From positions 1 through 32,454 of IMG/VR virus record IMGVR_UViG_3300027798_000142: DNA of 32,454 nt; one strand, given 5' to 3'. Positions 15,701 to 25,639 of this stretch are shown piece by piece. The translations under genes and the position numbers were made by a program. Position 1 is the first letter of the stretch. Each line of letters opens with the position of its first letter. This stretch comes from a virus (Duplodnaviria; Caudoviricetes). The notes beneath the pieces are model-generated. The model did no database searches, had not been told where the DNA came from, and saw only the letters and a list, made by a program, of their open reading frames with translations.

Positions 15701-16071
15701 AACCTCGTGTAGGCCCTGCCATTGAGGCAGCACTACAAAAGAAAGGGAATCTCTCTGACCTTGACTTGGCCAAGCTGTGCTTCTGTGCTAGGCGCAGTGC
15801 AGCAAGGATTCTGTTTGATCTGCACCGCCATGAGCTGGTATATATCAGTGGATATACCAGAGTGAGCGCCAATGGCCAGTGGCGGCCTCTGTGGTCATGG
15901 GGTGATGGGATTGATGCTGAAGCGCCTGGGCCAGTGCCAGGCTCAGAGCGCATCAAAAAATACAGAGAGAAAATGTCAGCAGATGACAAAGACTTTGGCT
16001 TGGCCAGACGCAGGCAGAAAAGACGGGTAGTTAAACGCGACCCACTTGTGGCCGCGTTTTTTGGGGGTTAG
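15685..16071 (+). CDS. Winged-HTH DNA-binding protein (possible transcription regulator)
   Basis: LSDLDLAKLCFCARRSAARILFDLHRHELVYISG; GGAG RBS; basic C-terminus. Confidence 0.65.
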   Translation: MARGLKPRVGPAIEAALQKKGNLSDLDLAKLCFCARRSAARILFDLHRHELVYISGYTRVSANGQWRPLWSWGDGIDAEAPGPVPGSERIKKYREKMSADDKDFGLARRRQKRRVVKRDPLVAAFFGG

Positions 16072-18180
16072 TTATTGGCCAACATAACCAGGAAGCATTG
16101 AACCAATCTGGCCAGAAGTTCTACCGGAAAGACCGGCAGCCCTTGCGCGAGATTCGTTCAATCTTCTGATCACTTCAGCCAAATCTGTTAATTGCTGCTG
16201 GTCACGCGATAGCAAGATTTTGCCAATCTCATTTCTCACAGCCTCTGGAGTTCTTGTCTGGCTTGCAATGTTTGATGCAGCTGCCAACATTCCAGTCGGG
16301 CTTCCGGCAGCAGCCGCAGCAGCTGCTTGACCCAATGGCGCGACTTCAAGGTCAGCAGTTCCAGCCAAACGTGCAGCAGTTTGTGATCCACGGCCAGCAG
16401 ACTCCAGACCTTTCAATCGAGCTTCTTTGGCCACCGCAGACGCAAATGTTCTGTAATCATTGCCAAATACTTCCTTCAATCGGTCTTGCGTTGCTGGCTC
16501 TTTCCACATCTTGAGTAATGATGTCTGGCCAGCCTCTGTGCCAGTCTTCTGACGCAAAGCCTGCAAAGCACCAATGCGGAATGCATCGATCTCTGATGGC
16601 GTGAAACCCTTCATGGTTTGGCCAAGTTCAAGCACATCGCCAGTCATGGCTTTGCGGCCAACTTCAGCTGCATCCATCATTTGTGATGGTCCAGCCCATG
16701 TCTTCATGGCCATGGTGTATGCAGACTGGCCGCCAATTTTGGGTGACTGAGCCTCAAGAACACCCACCAATTGCTTGCGCACATCGTCGTATGCATTAGC
16801 CTGGGCATTGCTGCCAGTTCTGCGCAGACTTTGGGCAGTGTCGTAAAGGGATTGTTTCAAAGTATCCAAGACATTCATTGGCACTGGATCACCAACTTTG
16901 AGCTTGGCCAAGTCAATGGTCTGGCCAGTCTTTGTTCTGAATAGCAATTCAGCAGACCCTTGGACCGCCTGTGATTTGTTCAATGCATCGGCCAAAGTGT
17001 TATCAACTTTCAAAGCCGCTTGATCAATGGCTGCATAGTATGGGCGAGACTCAGCAAATCTTTGAGCGCTAAATTTATCAAGTGTTTGCATAAATTGAGC
17101 GCCTTGAGTGCCAAGACTTTCATCGGCAGCAGTCATCAATCGACCAGCACGGCCTGCTTGGCGCTCACGAATGGCGCGTTCCACAGCCTCAGTCGTTGTG
17201 CCAGGCAATGTGGCCTGCACATCGAGCAAATTGCGTGTGGATTTGCCACCCACATCGGCAATGCGAGCCTCTGGGCCAAGTTTGGCCAGACGCGCTTGGG
17301 CCATGGTCAATGCGCTTGGTGCTAAAGCCTCTGGCACATCACGAATCAAAGACTCAGCGACCTTTTGCTGTGCATAAGTGCCAGCAGCAGTGGGTGACAT
17401 ACGCGCCATGACCTGACGGCCACCAGCGCCAACAATACCCATGACTGGCTGAGAGACCGCACCCAATGTGCCGCCAATCAATGTACTCTTGCCAGCGTCT
17501 CTTAGAATTTCTTCAGCACTTTGGCCAGTTGACTCACCAATGCCGCCTAGCAAGCCATAGCCTGCACCAGAGACACCGGCTTGCACTGCGCGTTGACCCA
17601 TACCCATGATTTGACCGGCAGCTGGAGCGCCAGCAATGTATTGACCGACTCTGGCAATCGCTGGGGCAACACTTGGGGCAAGTGCCTCAATTGCAGGCAT
17701 GACTCGCTTGCCAACTTCTTGCACCACCTTGCCAGGAAGACCCGCCATGATCATTGGAGCGCTTGCGACCAGTTGGCCAGCGGCTGCATAGTATGGTGAT
17801 TCTTTCTGATAAGACTCAGCAGCGCCTCGGAATATGTCACGGCCCATTGTGTAGGCATCGGTCAGTGGAATGCCTTTTTGCATGGCAAGCATTGGAGCGC
17901 CAATAACACCGGCCAATTCATCAGAAAAGCCAAATGTTGGGCCACCAGCAGCACTGGCCAAGGCGCGGGTTGTTGTGCCTAGTTTTGCACCAGCCTCAAA
18001 TGCTTTTGACCTAGACTCACCCAAGAATTTAAGAATCTCGCTTGGCTTGTATTCGTTCTCTAAGGCTGCATTGATTTGAGTGCCGACAGTTGGCATCTGG
18101 GCCAAAAACTGAATGATCTCATCATCGCCATAGCCAGCCTTTTGAGCTTCTTTGATTTTGTCTTTAATGCCATCCATCAT
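16072..18180 (-). CDS. Large internal virion / DNA ejection protein
   Basis: 702 aa, Ala/Gly/Gln-rich and helical; GPTFGFSDELAG motif; last gene of the podovirus structural operon. Confidence 0.7.
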   Translation of the reverse strand: MMDGIKDKIKEAQKAGYGDDEIIQFLAQMPTVGTQINAALENEYKPSEILKFLGESRSKAFEAGAKLGTTTRALASAAGGPTFGFSDELAGVIGAPMLAMQKGIPLTDAYTMGRDIFRGAAESYQKESPYYAAAGQLVASAPMIMAGLPGKVVQEVGKRVMPAIEALAPSVAPAIARVGQYIAGAPAAGQIMGMGQRAVQAGVSGAGYGLLGGIGESTGQSAEEILRDAGKSTLIGGTLGAVSQPVMGIVGAGGRQVMARMSPTAAGTYAQQKVAESLIRDVPEALAPSALTMAQARLAKLGPEARIADVGGKSTRNLLDVQATLPGTTTEAVERAIRERQAGRAGRLMTAADESLGTQGAQFMQTLDKFSAQRFAESRPYYAAIDQAALKVDNTLADALNKSQAVQGSAELLFRTKTGQTIDLAKLKVGDPVPMNVLDTLKQSLYDTAQSLRRTGSNAQANAYDDVRKQLVGVLEAQSPKIGGQSAYTMAMKTWAGPSQMMDAAEVGRKAMTGDVLELGQTMKGFTPSEIDAFRIGALQALRQKTGTEAGQTSLLKMWKEPATQDRLKEVFGNDYRTFASAVAKEARLKGLESAGRGSQTAARLAGTADLEVAPLGQAAAAAAAGSPTGMLAAASNIASQTRTPEAVRNEIGKILLSRDQQQLTDLAEVIRRLNESRARAAGLSGRTSGQIGSMLPGYVGQ

Positions 18181-19511
18181 CGGCCTCCTGGTGTTCCAAA
18201 GATGTTACCAAGGGATGGTCTTACTGCACCACCACCACCTGGTGCTGCACCAGGTCTTGTTCGCATAATTGATGGGATTGTCGCTGGAGCGCCAAGAGCT
18301 GCATCAAGATTTCTGAATCCATAGGCTTGACCAAACCCTTGGAATTCTTGGCGCTTCTTGTTATACGCATCACCAGCGGCAGCGTACAGTTCATTAGATA
18401 AAGCCTTGAAGTCTTCACGCTGTGTGGGTGTGAGCTTCTGGCCGGTCATCATGTTATTGAAATAGTTGTTTAATCGGTCCATACGGCCAGAGGCTGCCAT
18501 GGCAATGCCAAGCTCAGATTCACGCACCACAGAGCCTGGGTCTAGCAATTTCATCACTTTGGTAGCACCGGCAACATCACCAATTGGTGTGCCTTGGCTC
18601 AAAGATGAAACTACTTGGCCAAAAGCAGACTGCATATCGTTGTAGTCTTTGTAGATTGGCTCTTGCTTAAATGCTTTAGCAAGTGCCATTTCATTTTCAA
18701 AACCTTTTTGGCCGCCAGTCATATCAAGGATAGGTTTGACATCCACACGGGTGGCAATCTGCTGGCGATACTTCCCAACATTTTCAATGCCTGCTTGACC
18801 AGTTCCAGCCAATGGCTGACCACTGATGTATTCCACAGCACGAATGTCAGGTGACTGGGCCTCATAAGGCGCAACACCTTTGGCAATGCGTGACTCACCA
18901 AGTTTGTTGTACTGGACCATGACTGTTTTGCCATCAATAACCACTGGCTCTGGTCGGCCAAATTCAGACTGAGATGATGCAATCTTTAATATTTCTGGCA
19001 AACCTTCTTTACGCGGCATATTTGAAATTAAAGCGCGCTGAATTGGGTTTAGAAATGCAAGTGGGTCTGCCTGCACTGGTGCTGGCGCTGCCATCTCTTG
19101 CTCGGCAGTTGGCACAGCCGGACCAGTTGGCATTGGCTGCGCTGCACCAGTAGCACCGACTGGAGATGGAGCGCCACTTAAAAGCCTTCTAAAAGACTCA
19201 TTGCCAGCAGTCTCTGCTTGCATTTCTTTAAGTTTTGCACCAAGCATTAAATCTTGGAAAGAGCTGGCACGGGATTTTTCATATCCGGCTTGTCCAGCTT
19301 GCAAAGCTGATCCAAGCGCTTGGCCCAAACTAATGGGCGTTGCGCTTCGGCCACTGGCCTGGAGCAATGCAGCGGCTGCTGACAGTGTCGCATTGCGGCC
19401 CAAGAGCTTGCGCTGCTCGTCTGTCAATAGCGCATCAAGTCCTGATGGTGTGCCACCAAGAGCGCCACCACCAAATAAATTGCCTAAACTTGCAAAATCA
19501 AAATCAGCCAT
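18177..19511 (-). CDS. Internal virion / DNA ejection protein
   Basis: 444 aa; N-terminal Gly/Ala-rich segment; MKLLDPGSVVRESE motif; position in the ejectosome cluster. Confidence 0.7.
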   Translation of the reverse strand: MADFDFASLGNLFGGGALGGTPSGLDALLTDEQRKLLGRNATLSAAAALLQASGRSATPISLGQALGSALQAGQAGYEKSRASSFQDLMLGAKLKEMQAETAGNESFRRLLSGAPSPVGATGAAQPMPTGPAVPTAEQEMAAPAPVQADPLAFLNPIQRALISNMPRKEGLPEILKIASSQSEFGRPEPVVIDGKTVMVQYNKLGESRIAKGVAPYEAQSPDIRAVEYISGQPLAGTGQAGIENVGKYRQQIATRVDVKPILDMTGGQKGFENEMALAKAFKQEPIYKDYNDMQSAFGQVVSSLSQGTPIGDVAGATKVMKLLDPGSVVRESELGIAMAASGRMDRLNNYFNNMMTGQKLTPTQREDFKALSNELYAAAGDAYNKKRQEFQGFGQAYGFRNLDAALGAPATIPSIMRTRPGAAPGGGGAVRPSLGNIFGTPGGR

Positions 19512-19521
19512 TTTGTATTCC

Positions 19522-20463
19522 TTATCTGCCGCCTAAAAGACCAAGAACACCACCGGCCACAGCACCCACTGGTCCAAACAATTGGCCACCAGCCAATGCA
19601 CCACCCAAAGCGCCAGACGCTGGGTTTGAATACTGGGGCGTTGTGGCCACCATGCCAAGATTGGCAGGTTGCGCACCCAGTGAAGACTGGACAACACCCA
19701 GACGCTGCAAGCCAATGTTTCGGATTGCATCCATTTGTTGCTGGTCCAAAGCCTGACGCGCACCACCGGCAGCCATAACTGCTTGAGCGCCACCAAGACG
19801 CAATGCTTGTTGCTGTGCAGCCAAATTGCCTAGCTGGCTTGCACCGCCCAAACGCAATTGCGCACCTTGCAAGCCTGCTTGCTGATTGGCAATGTCGGCT
19901 GCTGATCTGCGGCCAATGTCGGCCTGCTGCATGGCCATCGCCTGGTTGAATGCCTGCTCGTTTAAAGTTGTCCCAAGTGTGGCAGCCTGCTTGGCAAACC
20001 CTTGGTTAGTCAGAGCCTCGGCCACACCTTGGCGTGATCCACCAAATGCACGGGCAGCAGTTGCACGTTCACCAGTCTGCTGAATGGCAGCGCGTCTTGC
20101 AGACTCTAAATCACCCAATGCATTGGCACGCACAGACTCTGTATAAGGATTCATGTAACTGCCAATTGATCCTGGTCCAGTCATGCCTAGATTGGTCTGC
20201 TGCGCTGTGATCTGACCAGGCTGATAGACACCGCCATACGCGGCCATCTGGGCTGCCAAGTCTGTGCCACTGATGCCTGGGCCAGCAAGGCCGGTGTTAA
20301 CCAGAGCTTCCTCGCCTGCCTGATACAAAGGGTTGTAGCCGGCAAACTGCTGAGTCGGCAAAGCGCCAGCGACCCCTTGGGCCTGCTGAAAGTTGGCCAA
20401 GAATGCTTCTTTGATCTGTGGATCAATGGAGCTTGTTGAGGTTGTTGTTCCACCTTTTGACAT
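19522..20463 (-). CDS. Internal virion pilot/ejection protein
   Basis: MSKGGTTTSTS start, YMNPY, AFGGSRQGVAE, Gln-rich, Gly-zipper C-terminus. Confidence 0.72.
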   Translation of the reverse strand: MSKGGTTTSTSSIDPQIKEAFLANFQQAQGVAGALPTQQFAGYNPLYQAGEEALVNTGLAGPGISGTDLAAQMAAYGGVYQPGQITAQQTNLGMTGPGSIGSYMNPYTESVRANALGDLESARRAAIQQTGERATAARAFGGSRQGVAEALTNQGFAKQAATLGTTLNEQAFNQAMAMQQADIGRRSAADIANQQAGLQGAQLRLGGASQLGNLAAQQQALRLGGAQAVMAAGGARQALDQQQMDAIRNIGLQRLGVVQSSLGAQPANLGMVATTPQYSNPASGALGGALAGGQLFGPVGAVAGGVLGLLGGR

Positions 20464-20472
20464 ATTGCCACC

Positions 20473-21657
20473 TTATCCGAGTAAAGATTTCATTTTCTTG
20501 GCAGACACTTTGCCTTCATTGATCATGTCCAGAAGTCCACGGCCATACTTGTTGACAGAAGACTTCTTGATCACATATTCACCCATGTCAAGATTGACAG
20601 CGCCATCATCTGGACCAGGAGGGTTTGCACCAAACATTAGGCCGCCATGGACCATGCCGCCTTGAGCCATGCCGCCAGTGCTGCTTGCATCTAATTGCTG
20701 TGCTGACGCTGCCGTTGCCGCTGCTGTTTCTGCTGCCGTTTTGGCAGCATTGGTGGCTGCGATCTGGTCATAGAGACCAGGGTTATAGCCACCCATGCTC
20801 AAGTTACCGACCACACCAGCATAAGGGTTGCCCACTGGTCTCATCTGCGACATGATCTGAGAGTAGGGGGATGCACCACCAGCTGTCACGCCAGGGTTAT
20901 ATTGGGCGCCAATGGGGATTGACTGGTAATTGTTGAAGTTCTGCGCAAAGCCTTGTGTGGCATTTGAAAATGGTGCAGTCGCATTGAATCGGGTGTTGAC
21001 ATCATTCAGCCCCACACCAGTCAAATCAGCCACTTGGGTGTTGGAAATACCAAGACGATTCATCTCGGCTGCAATCTGCTGGTCAGTCAAGCCTGGAGTG
21101 GCTTTGAGCCAGTTTGTGAATGTGCTGAAATTAGCCGCATTTGTTGGCGTTGTTGTTTTATTTTGCAAAGCCAAAGCTCTGGCATTGGCCGCAGCCAAAG
21201 AGCTTTGTGCATTGGCCAGTGCTTGGGCATCCGCAGTCGCTTTAGCCTGTGCAGCAGTTTGCGTTGAAATTAGATTCAAACGTGCATTGATCTCACCGAC
21301 TGGCACACCAGTCATTTTTGAAATTTGATCAGCCTTTAATCCAAGACGATTAACTTCAGCAGCAATTTGCTGATCAGTTAAATTTGGAGTTTGCAAGAAG
21401 TTATAGAGTGCTGTCTCTTGGGTTGTGCCAAATGTTGGGGTTGTTGCACCACCACTAGTTACTGTGCCAGCTGTTGTTCCACCAACTACATTAGCAGCAG
21501 TGCCAAGCCTAGACTGCACTTCTGCGACTGGCACACCAGTCAGCTGTGACACTTGGGCAGCAGTAACACCTAATCGGTTGACTTCGTTTGCAATCTGCTT
21601 GTCTGTCAGACCAGGAGTCTGCAAATAAGAAAGTAGTTGCTCTGTATTTGTGGCCAT
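20473..21657 (-). CDS. Probable virion protein with three ~45-aa repeats
   Basis: 3x TP.LTD.QIA.E.NRLG....Q....TGV....R; C-terminal MAQGGMV...PPGPDD...GEYVIKK..V.KYG..LLD.IN. Confidence 0.7.
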   Translation of the reverse strand: MATNTEQLLSYLQTPGLTDKQIANEVNRLGVTAAQVSQLTGVPVAEVQSRLGTAANVVGGTTAGTVTSGGATTPTFGTTQETALYNFLQTPNLTDQQIAAEVNRLGLKADQISKMTGVPVGEINARLNLISTQTAAQAKATADAQALANAQSSLAAANARALALQNKTTTPTNAANFSTFTNWLKATPGLTDQQIAAEMNRLGISNTQVADLTGVGLNDVNTRFNATAPFSNATQGFAQNFNNYQSIPIGAQYNPGVTAGGASPYSQIMSQMRPVGNPYAGVVGNLSMGGYNPGLYDQIAATNAAKTAAETAAATAASAQQLDASSTGGMAQGGMVHGGLMFGANPPGPDDGAVNLDMGEYVIKKSSVNKYGRGLLDMINEGKVSAKKMKSLLG

Positions 21658-21666
21658 ATTTATCCC

Positions 21667-22035
21667 CTAAAGTTCCTTTGCAAGTACAGCCCATTTCGGT
21701 TTGTACCCTTCGTCTTTCAAAAATGTCTCTGACCAGCCCCTTCGGCCTGCCAAAGTCACCCTGGTGCAGCCAACAGACTTGCCCCAGGATTCGATCAATG
21801 GTCGCATCCGTGAGAGTTCATCTAGGTCGCCACCAGCCAGAAAATAATGCAAATTCTTCAGCTGCGGATAGACAATGATCTCTGTCAATACCACCGAGTC
21901 CTTGGCCGGCCACAGCTGTAATCTGTGATCCTCGACCATCTCAGCGACATCGTCAAAATTATGTGTGCCTCCAGAGTATTCTAATGCCGCCTCCACATGG
22001 TGGCGCAACCTTTCCAAATGTTCTTGGTCGCTCAT
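21667..22035 (-). CDS. GNAT-fold head/tail assembly protein (P22 gp14 / T7 gp13 positional analogue)
   Basis: LHYFLAGGDL...IESWGKSVGCTRVTLAGRRGW; follows the tail hub gene. Confidence 0.65.
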   Translation of the reverse strand: MSDQEHLERLRHHVEAALEYSGGTHNFDDVAEMVEDHRLQLWPAKDSVVLTEIIVYPQLKNLHYFLAGGDLDELSRMRPLIESWGKSVGCTRVTLAGRRGWSETFLKDEGYKPKWAVLAKEL

Positions 22036-23510
22036 CGCTTACCGGCTGGGATGGCCTCAAGCCTCATCACACCAATACGCCAGTCAGCCAAAGTGTTACC
22101 AGTCACCTTCACATTGACCTGACGCGCTGCGAACCGGACATCGGTCGGGTTGGCTGCCGTGTATGGCCCAAATGTGGACTGGTCACCAGTCGGGTAATTT
22201 CGGGTCTTGAATGAAACCACGGCCTCACCAAGTGTCTGCTCATCTGGGACCACTTGCCTGACCGACATGATGTTGTCGCCATTGCCCAATTGCACTGGTC
22301 CACTTTCAGCGTATAGGCTGGCGCTGTCATAAGCAAAACCGACCTCATGCTCGTAGATGTAGCCATCAGTTGAAACCGCCAAGGGATTGGTAAACACACC
22401 AGCATCAGTGCCAGCAGTTCTGGCCAATGTGCCTATGTTCCAGTGGTTTTCTCTGTAATTGAAAGTGCAGTAACTGTCATTCTCATTGCTTCCACTGCTG
22501 GGGTAATACCACCAAATTTCACCAAACTTACTGTTATGGACCGCATAGACTTTGGATGCCTGGTTAAAGTTGATATTGCCAAAGACATAGTCCGACACAT
22601 CGCTTGGCAGTGGCTTGACATAGCCGTCATAAATCCAAAAGCCAGACTTGCTCATCCAAATGGCAGCAGTGTCAATGGCGGCCACAGACTGGGCTGAAAT
22701 GAGACCGCAGCCAGAGCCAGCCTTCTCAAAGCCATAGACAAATGGAGCGCCAATGTACTGGGCCGTGTGGACATCGACATCTGTAAACAGTAGGTTTACA
22801 CCCTTGACCCGCTTGCCAGCGATCAGTGAGCCAGGCGTTGCCAGTTCATAGTCGCCTGCCTGATTGTCGCCAGCTGGGGTCCAAACTGTATTGTTCTCTT
22901 GGTCGCACCACTGCACTTTGCGTGGATTGCCACCAGCGCCAAGGGCAAACATGATGCGCTCGGCAGTGACTAAAACCGCCTTGTTGCCCGTTGGGGCATT
23001 GGTGATTGCTGCTGCCAATGTGGGCGTTGTGAAGCCTAATTGCCACTCATAGAGCTTGCCATCGGTACTTGAGCAAGCAATCAAATACTCGCCCCATGTG
23101 TCCATGGACCATGTGGTGGCCGGAGTGACTGACCCAGTGTCTGGCCTTGCTGTGCCATAGGCCAGAGAGCCATAGGTGCTGTATCCATAGCCGGTCTTTG
23201 ACAATGAATCTGCAATGCCAGCTGTCAAACCAGTTGGCGTGATTTCTTTGAGTGTTCCACCCTCATTCATGGCATAGAGTTTTGTGTGCGTTCCAGCAGC
23301 GATCCATCGGTTGGCACTGTTATCGCGCCAAGTGATGAAGCCGCGGCATAGGCCAGACATCTGGCCAGTTGCACGTTTTCTCCAGCCACCCATGGGCCGC
23401 AGAGTGTTCTCGTACCAGCGCACCAGATTTGCGTCATACCACCGGCCTGCTGCCTGGTACTCAGTGCCGTTTCTGTAAATGCCTGGTGGTAATTTGAGTG
23501 GTATGTACAT
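22032..23510 (-). CDS. Tail hub/nozzle (P22 gp10-like DNA stabilization protein)
   Basis: 492 aa beta-rich; LKLPPGI start, VQWCDQEN..W, GCGLIS, AIWMSKSGFWIYDG, EIWWYYPS. Confidence 0.78.
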   Translation of the reverse strand: MYIPLKLPPGIYRNGTEYQAAGRWYDANLVRWYENTLRPMGGWRKRATGQMSGLCRGFITWRDNSANRWIAAGTHTKLYAMNEGGTLKEITPTGLTAGIADSLSKTGYGYSTYGSLAYGTARPDTGSVTPATTWSMDTWGEYLIACSSTDGKLYEWQLGFTTPTLAAAITNAPTGNKAVLVTAERIMFALGAGGNPRKVQWCDQENNTVWTPAGDNQAGDYELATPGSLIAGKRVKGVNLLFTDVDVHTAQYIGAPFVYGFEKAGSGCGLISAQSVAAIDTAAIWMSKSGFWIYDGYVKPLPSDVSDYVFGNINFNQASKVYAVHNSKFGEIWWYYPSSGSNENDSYCTFNYRENHWNIGTLARTAGTDAGVFTNPLAVSTDGYIYEHEVGFAYDSASLYAESGPVQLGNGDNIMSVRQVVPDEQTLGEAVVSFKTRNYPTGDQSTFGPYTAANPTDVRFAARQVNVKVTGNTLADWRIGVMRLEAIPAGKR

Positions 23511-23512
23511 GG

Positions 23513-24169
23513 CTATATTGTTGGTAAGTTGGACACAAAGCTCATTGTGACAATGGCTGATGGCACTGCTGGCCGTGTGGGGCTTGTTCCGGCAGCGTAT
23601 TGTTCAATCGTGACCCCCACATCGGTTGGTCTCCACATTATCTCAACATAGTCAGTCGCATTTAAGCTCACAAAGTAATTCATGGCAGCAATGGTGTGAT
23701 AAGGATCGCTAGCACCTTTTCTGGGTGCAAATCCAAATCTGCTGTTTGAGTTAGCCACATTTGTGCCATTGACCCGAAACCAAACATCCACATCCTGAGA
23801 AGCATTTGTCGTGTTTGTAAACTGAATGGAAAACTGCAAGTTCCAGATTCCGGCATCGGCCACAGTGATTCTTGACCCACTGGCCATGGTCACGCCATTG
23901 GAAAAGTCTGTCGTGTTGAATGTGACCGCATAGGCCGTGGTGGTGTTTGCAGCCGCCTGGTCGGTCGAGTCTTGAAATGCCCCATAGGGGTTATTCATAA
24001 ACTTGCCACCCCTTGGCCCAAACAGAGACCCCAGCACTGTGGTCACTTTTCTGAAGTAATTGTTTAAAGCGCCATAGTTCTCATTCAAGTGCCTGCGCTC
24101 ATACGCCTCTGGCGGGAAACCCAGACTCGGTATAGATGGGGACTCTAATTGTTGCTTGACATTGGCCAT
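23513..24169 (-). CDS. Tail needle/spike-like protein with C1q/jelly-roll-like C-terminal domain
   Basis: YGAFQD, SRITVADAGIWNLQFSIQF, VWFRVNG, LNATDYVEIMW. Confidence 0.6.
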   Translation of the reverse strand: MANVKQQLESPSIPSLGFPPEAYERRHLNENYGALNNYFRKVTTVLGSLFGPRGGKFMNNPYGAFQDSTDQAAANTTTAYAVTFNTTDFSNGVTMASGSRITVADAGIWNLQFSIQFTNTTNASQDVDVWFRVNGTNVANSNSRFGFAPRKGASDPYHTIAAMNYFVSLNATDYVEIMWRPTDVGVTIEQYAAGTSPTRPAVPSAIVTMSFVSNLPTI

Positions 24170-24185
24170 GGTGCAATTTTATGCC

Positions 24186-24629
24186 TCAATCAAGCAAAGC
24201 GCACTCGGCTTTTCTGCGCTTTAGTAGACCAGGCAAAACCTTGCCACCGCCCTTGGTCCACAGCATGAGCTGCTCTTTGGCGCCTTCCCAGTCACCGGCA
24301 TTGATCTTTCGTTTCAATGTGGAGGTCTGGAGCCTGCCAGTCCCCAAGTTGTAGCAGAAGTCCACAATGGCGTTGCACTTCTTTTCGTCTGTGGCCAATA
24401 TGGGGCAATTCCTTAATGCACCTGGTAGGTAAGTATGCTCAAGCTCTATCATCAACAAAGCTCTGGCAGTTGGCTCATCCATTGGCGGGTCCTCCAATGT
24501 CACCTTGCGCTTGTCAGCGTAGTAGGTCGAGCCGTAGCCTATCGTTGCCACTCCAGCAGGGCAAAGATAGGGCTTGGCACGATAGCCCTCAAACTGGCGG
24601 CAAAGGGCAGCAGCCAGCTCTAAGTTCAT
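24186..24629 (-). CDS. Endolysin, GH24 lysozyme
   Basis: FEG...YLCPAGVATIGYG (E14-X8-C23-X5-T29), FCYNLG, GLLKRRKAE. Confidence 0.93.
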   Translation of the reverse strand: MNLELAAALCRQFEGYRAKPYLCPAGVATIGYGSTYYADKRKVTLEDPPMDEPTARALLMIELEHTYLPGALRNCPILATDEKKCNAIVDFCYNLGTGRLQTSTLKRKINAGDWEGAKEQLMLWTKGGGKVLPGLLKRRKAECALLD

Positions 24630-25120
24630 AATCCGCGCTTAGAAAGAGTTCTATCCAGAAACCAATAATTGATTGTTCCTGACAGCAATGCAGAAAAGTC
24701 TGGAGTCATCATGGTCTTAAACACCTCCACCGCTGGGGCGCCAGCAAGCCAAGCATTCCATGCAAACCAGACATGAATGAAGCTCCACACAAACAGCACC
24801 CAATATGTGACCAGGGGCCGCACTGATGCCGATAGACTGGCCACCCATCCACCAGCAGCTTTGACCATCTCGGCCTGCTGGGTGATGGCATTGTTAAAGG
24901 CATCCATCACCCCCACATCGACAGCTGCTTCACGTTGAGCGCCAATCTCAGCGAGCTTTTGCTGACCGCGCAGCGTCTCTAGTTCGCACTGGCGAGAAAA
25001 CATCAAGAGTTCGTGCGATCTCTCGTTTTTCTTATCAAGCCACTTCAAGACCTCTGGCGCCATCCTAAAGATGCCGCCAAAGATTGACCCCAATATGCCG
25101 CCACTTAAAATATCAAACAT
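24626..25120 (-). CDS. Holin-like membrane protein (3TM GTA-holin-like)
   Basis: Hydrophobic N-terminus, coiled middle, SASVRPLVTY followed by two hydrophobic helices, ending YWFLDRTL.K; immediately upstream of the endolysin. Confidence 0.6.
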   Translation of the reverse strand: MFDILSGGILGSIFGGIFRMAPEVLKWLDKKNERSHELLMFSRQCELETLRGQQKLAEIGAQREAAVDVGVMDAFNNAITQQAEMVKAAGGWVASLSASVRPLVTYWVLFVWSFIHVWFAWNAWLAGAPAVEVFKTMMTPDFSALLSGTINYWFLDRTLSKRGL

Positions 25121-25349
25121 AAACATCCACCTTTCGATTCTGAAATATTTCCATGCGCAATTGCTCTTGCACTACTTTTTTTGTGTAAATCTCAAACGCT
25201 AAATCTTGCAGTTCTGTCTGCTTTTGCTTGGCCAACTCATTTGCCTTATTCATCTCATGTTGCTTTTCTAGCTTTGCTTGAGCAAGGTCATGCCTGTCTG
25301 GATAACCAGAGGGCTGCACAGTTGGAAATAGCTTGATTGTGTCGATCAT
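25113..25349 (-). CDS. Small coiled-coil cytoplasmic protein in the lysis cassette
   Basis: 78 aa, overlapping starts/stops with neighbours. Confidence 0.6.
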   Translation of the reverse strand: MIDTIKLFPTVQPSGYPDRHDLAQAKLEKQHEMNKANELAKQKQTELQDLAFEIYTKKVVQEQLRMEIFQNRKVDVYV

Positions 25350-25633
25350 TTCTTTTCCCTCTCAAGTGCATCTTTGTACCCATGAATGACTTTAGTTCTG
25401 AGTTCTGCTGAATCTGCTGTGCCAGCCCACTCAGATAGGTTGTTCCAAATGACTGTTAAATCTTGACTTCTGCAAAACTTTACATTGTTTGTCAGCCACA
25501 TAGACATCTGCTGATGGCGCTCTGAGGGGTTGTGAATTGTCCAAGCAATCGACCAAAACTCGCGCACCTGACAGCCATTCTTGGCTGTAGCGCCTACTAG
25601 CCCCAATAACAGTAACAGAATGAGCCAGCGCAT
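25346..25633 (-). CDS. Small exported protein with signal peptide (candidate antiholin)
   Basis: MRWLILLLLLGLVGATA signal, two Cys, helical mature part; 95 aa. Confidence 0.6.
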   Translation of the reverse strand: MRWLILLLLLGLVGATAKNGCQVREFWSIAWTIHNPSERHQQMSMWLTNNVKFCRSQDLTVIWNNLSEWAGTADSAELRTKVIHGYKDALEREKK

Positions 25634-25639
25634 TCATTT

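Noticed and set aside
25346-25633. o-spanin lipoprotein
   Set aside because: The first Cys follows ATAKNG, not a lipobox, and the mature part is not Pro-rich; it looks like a signal peptidase I substrate.
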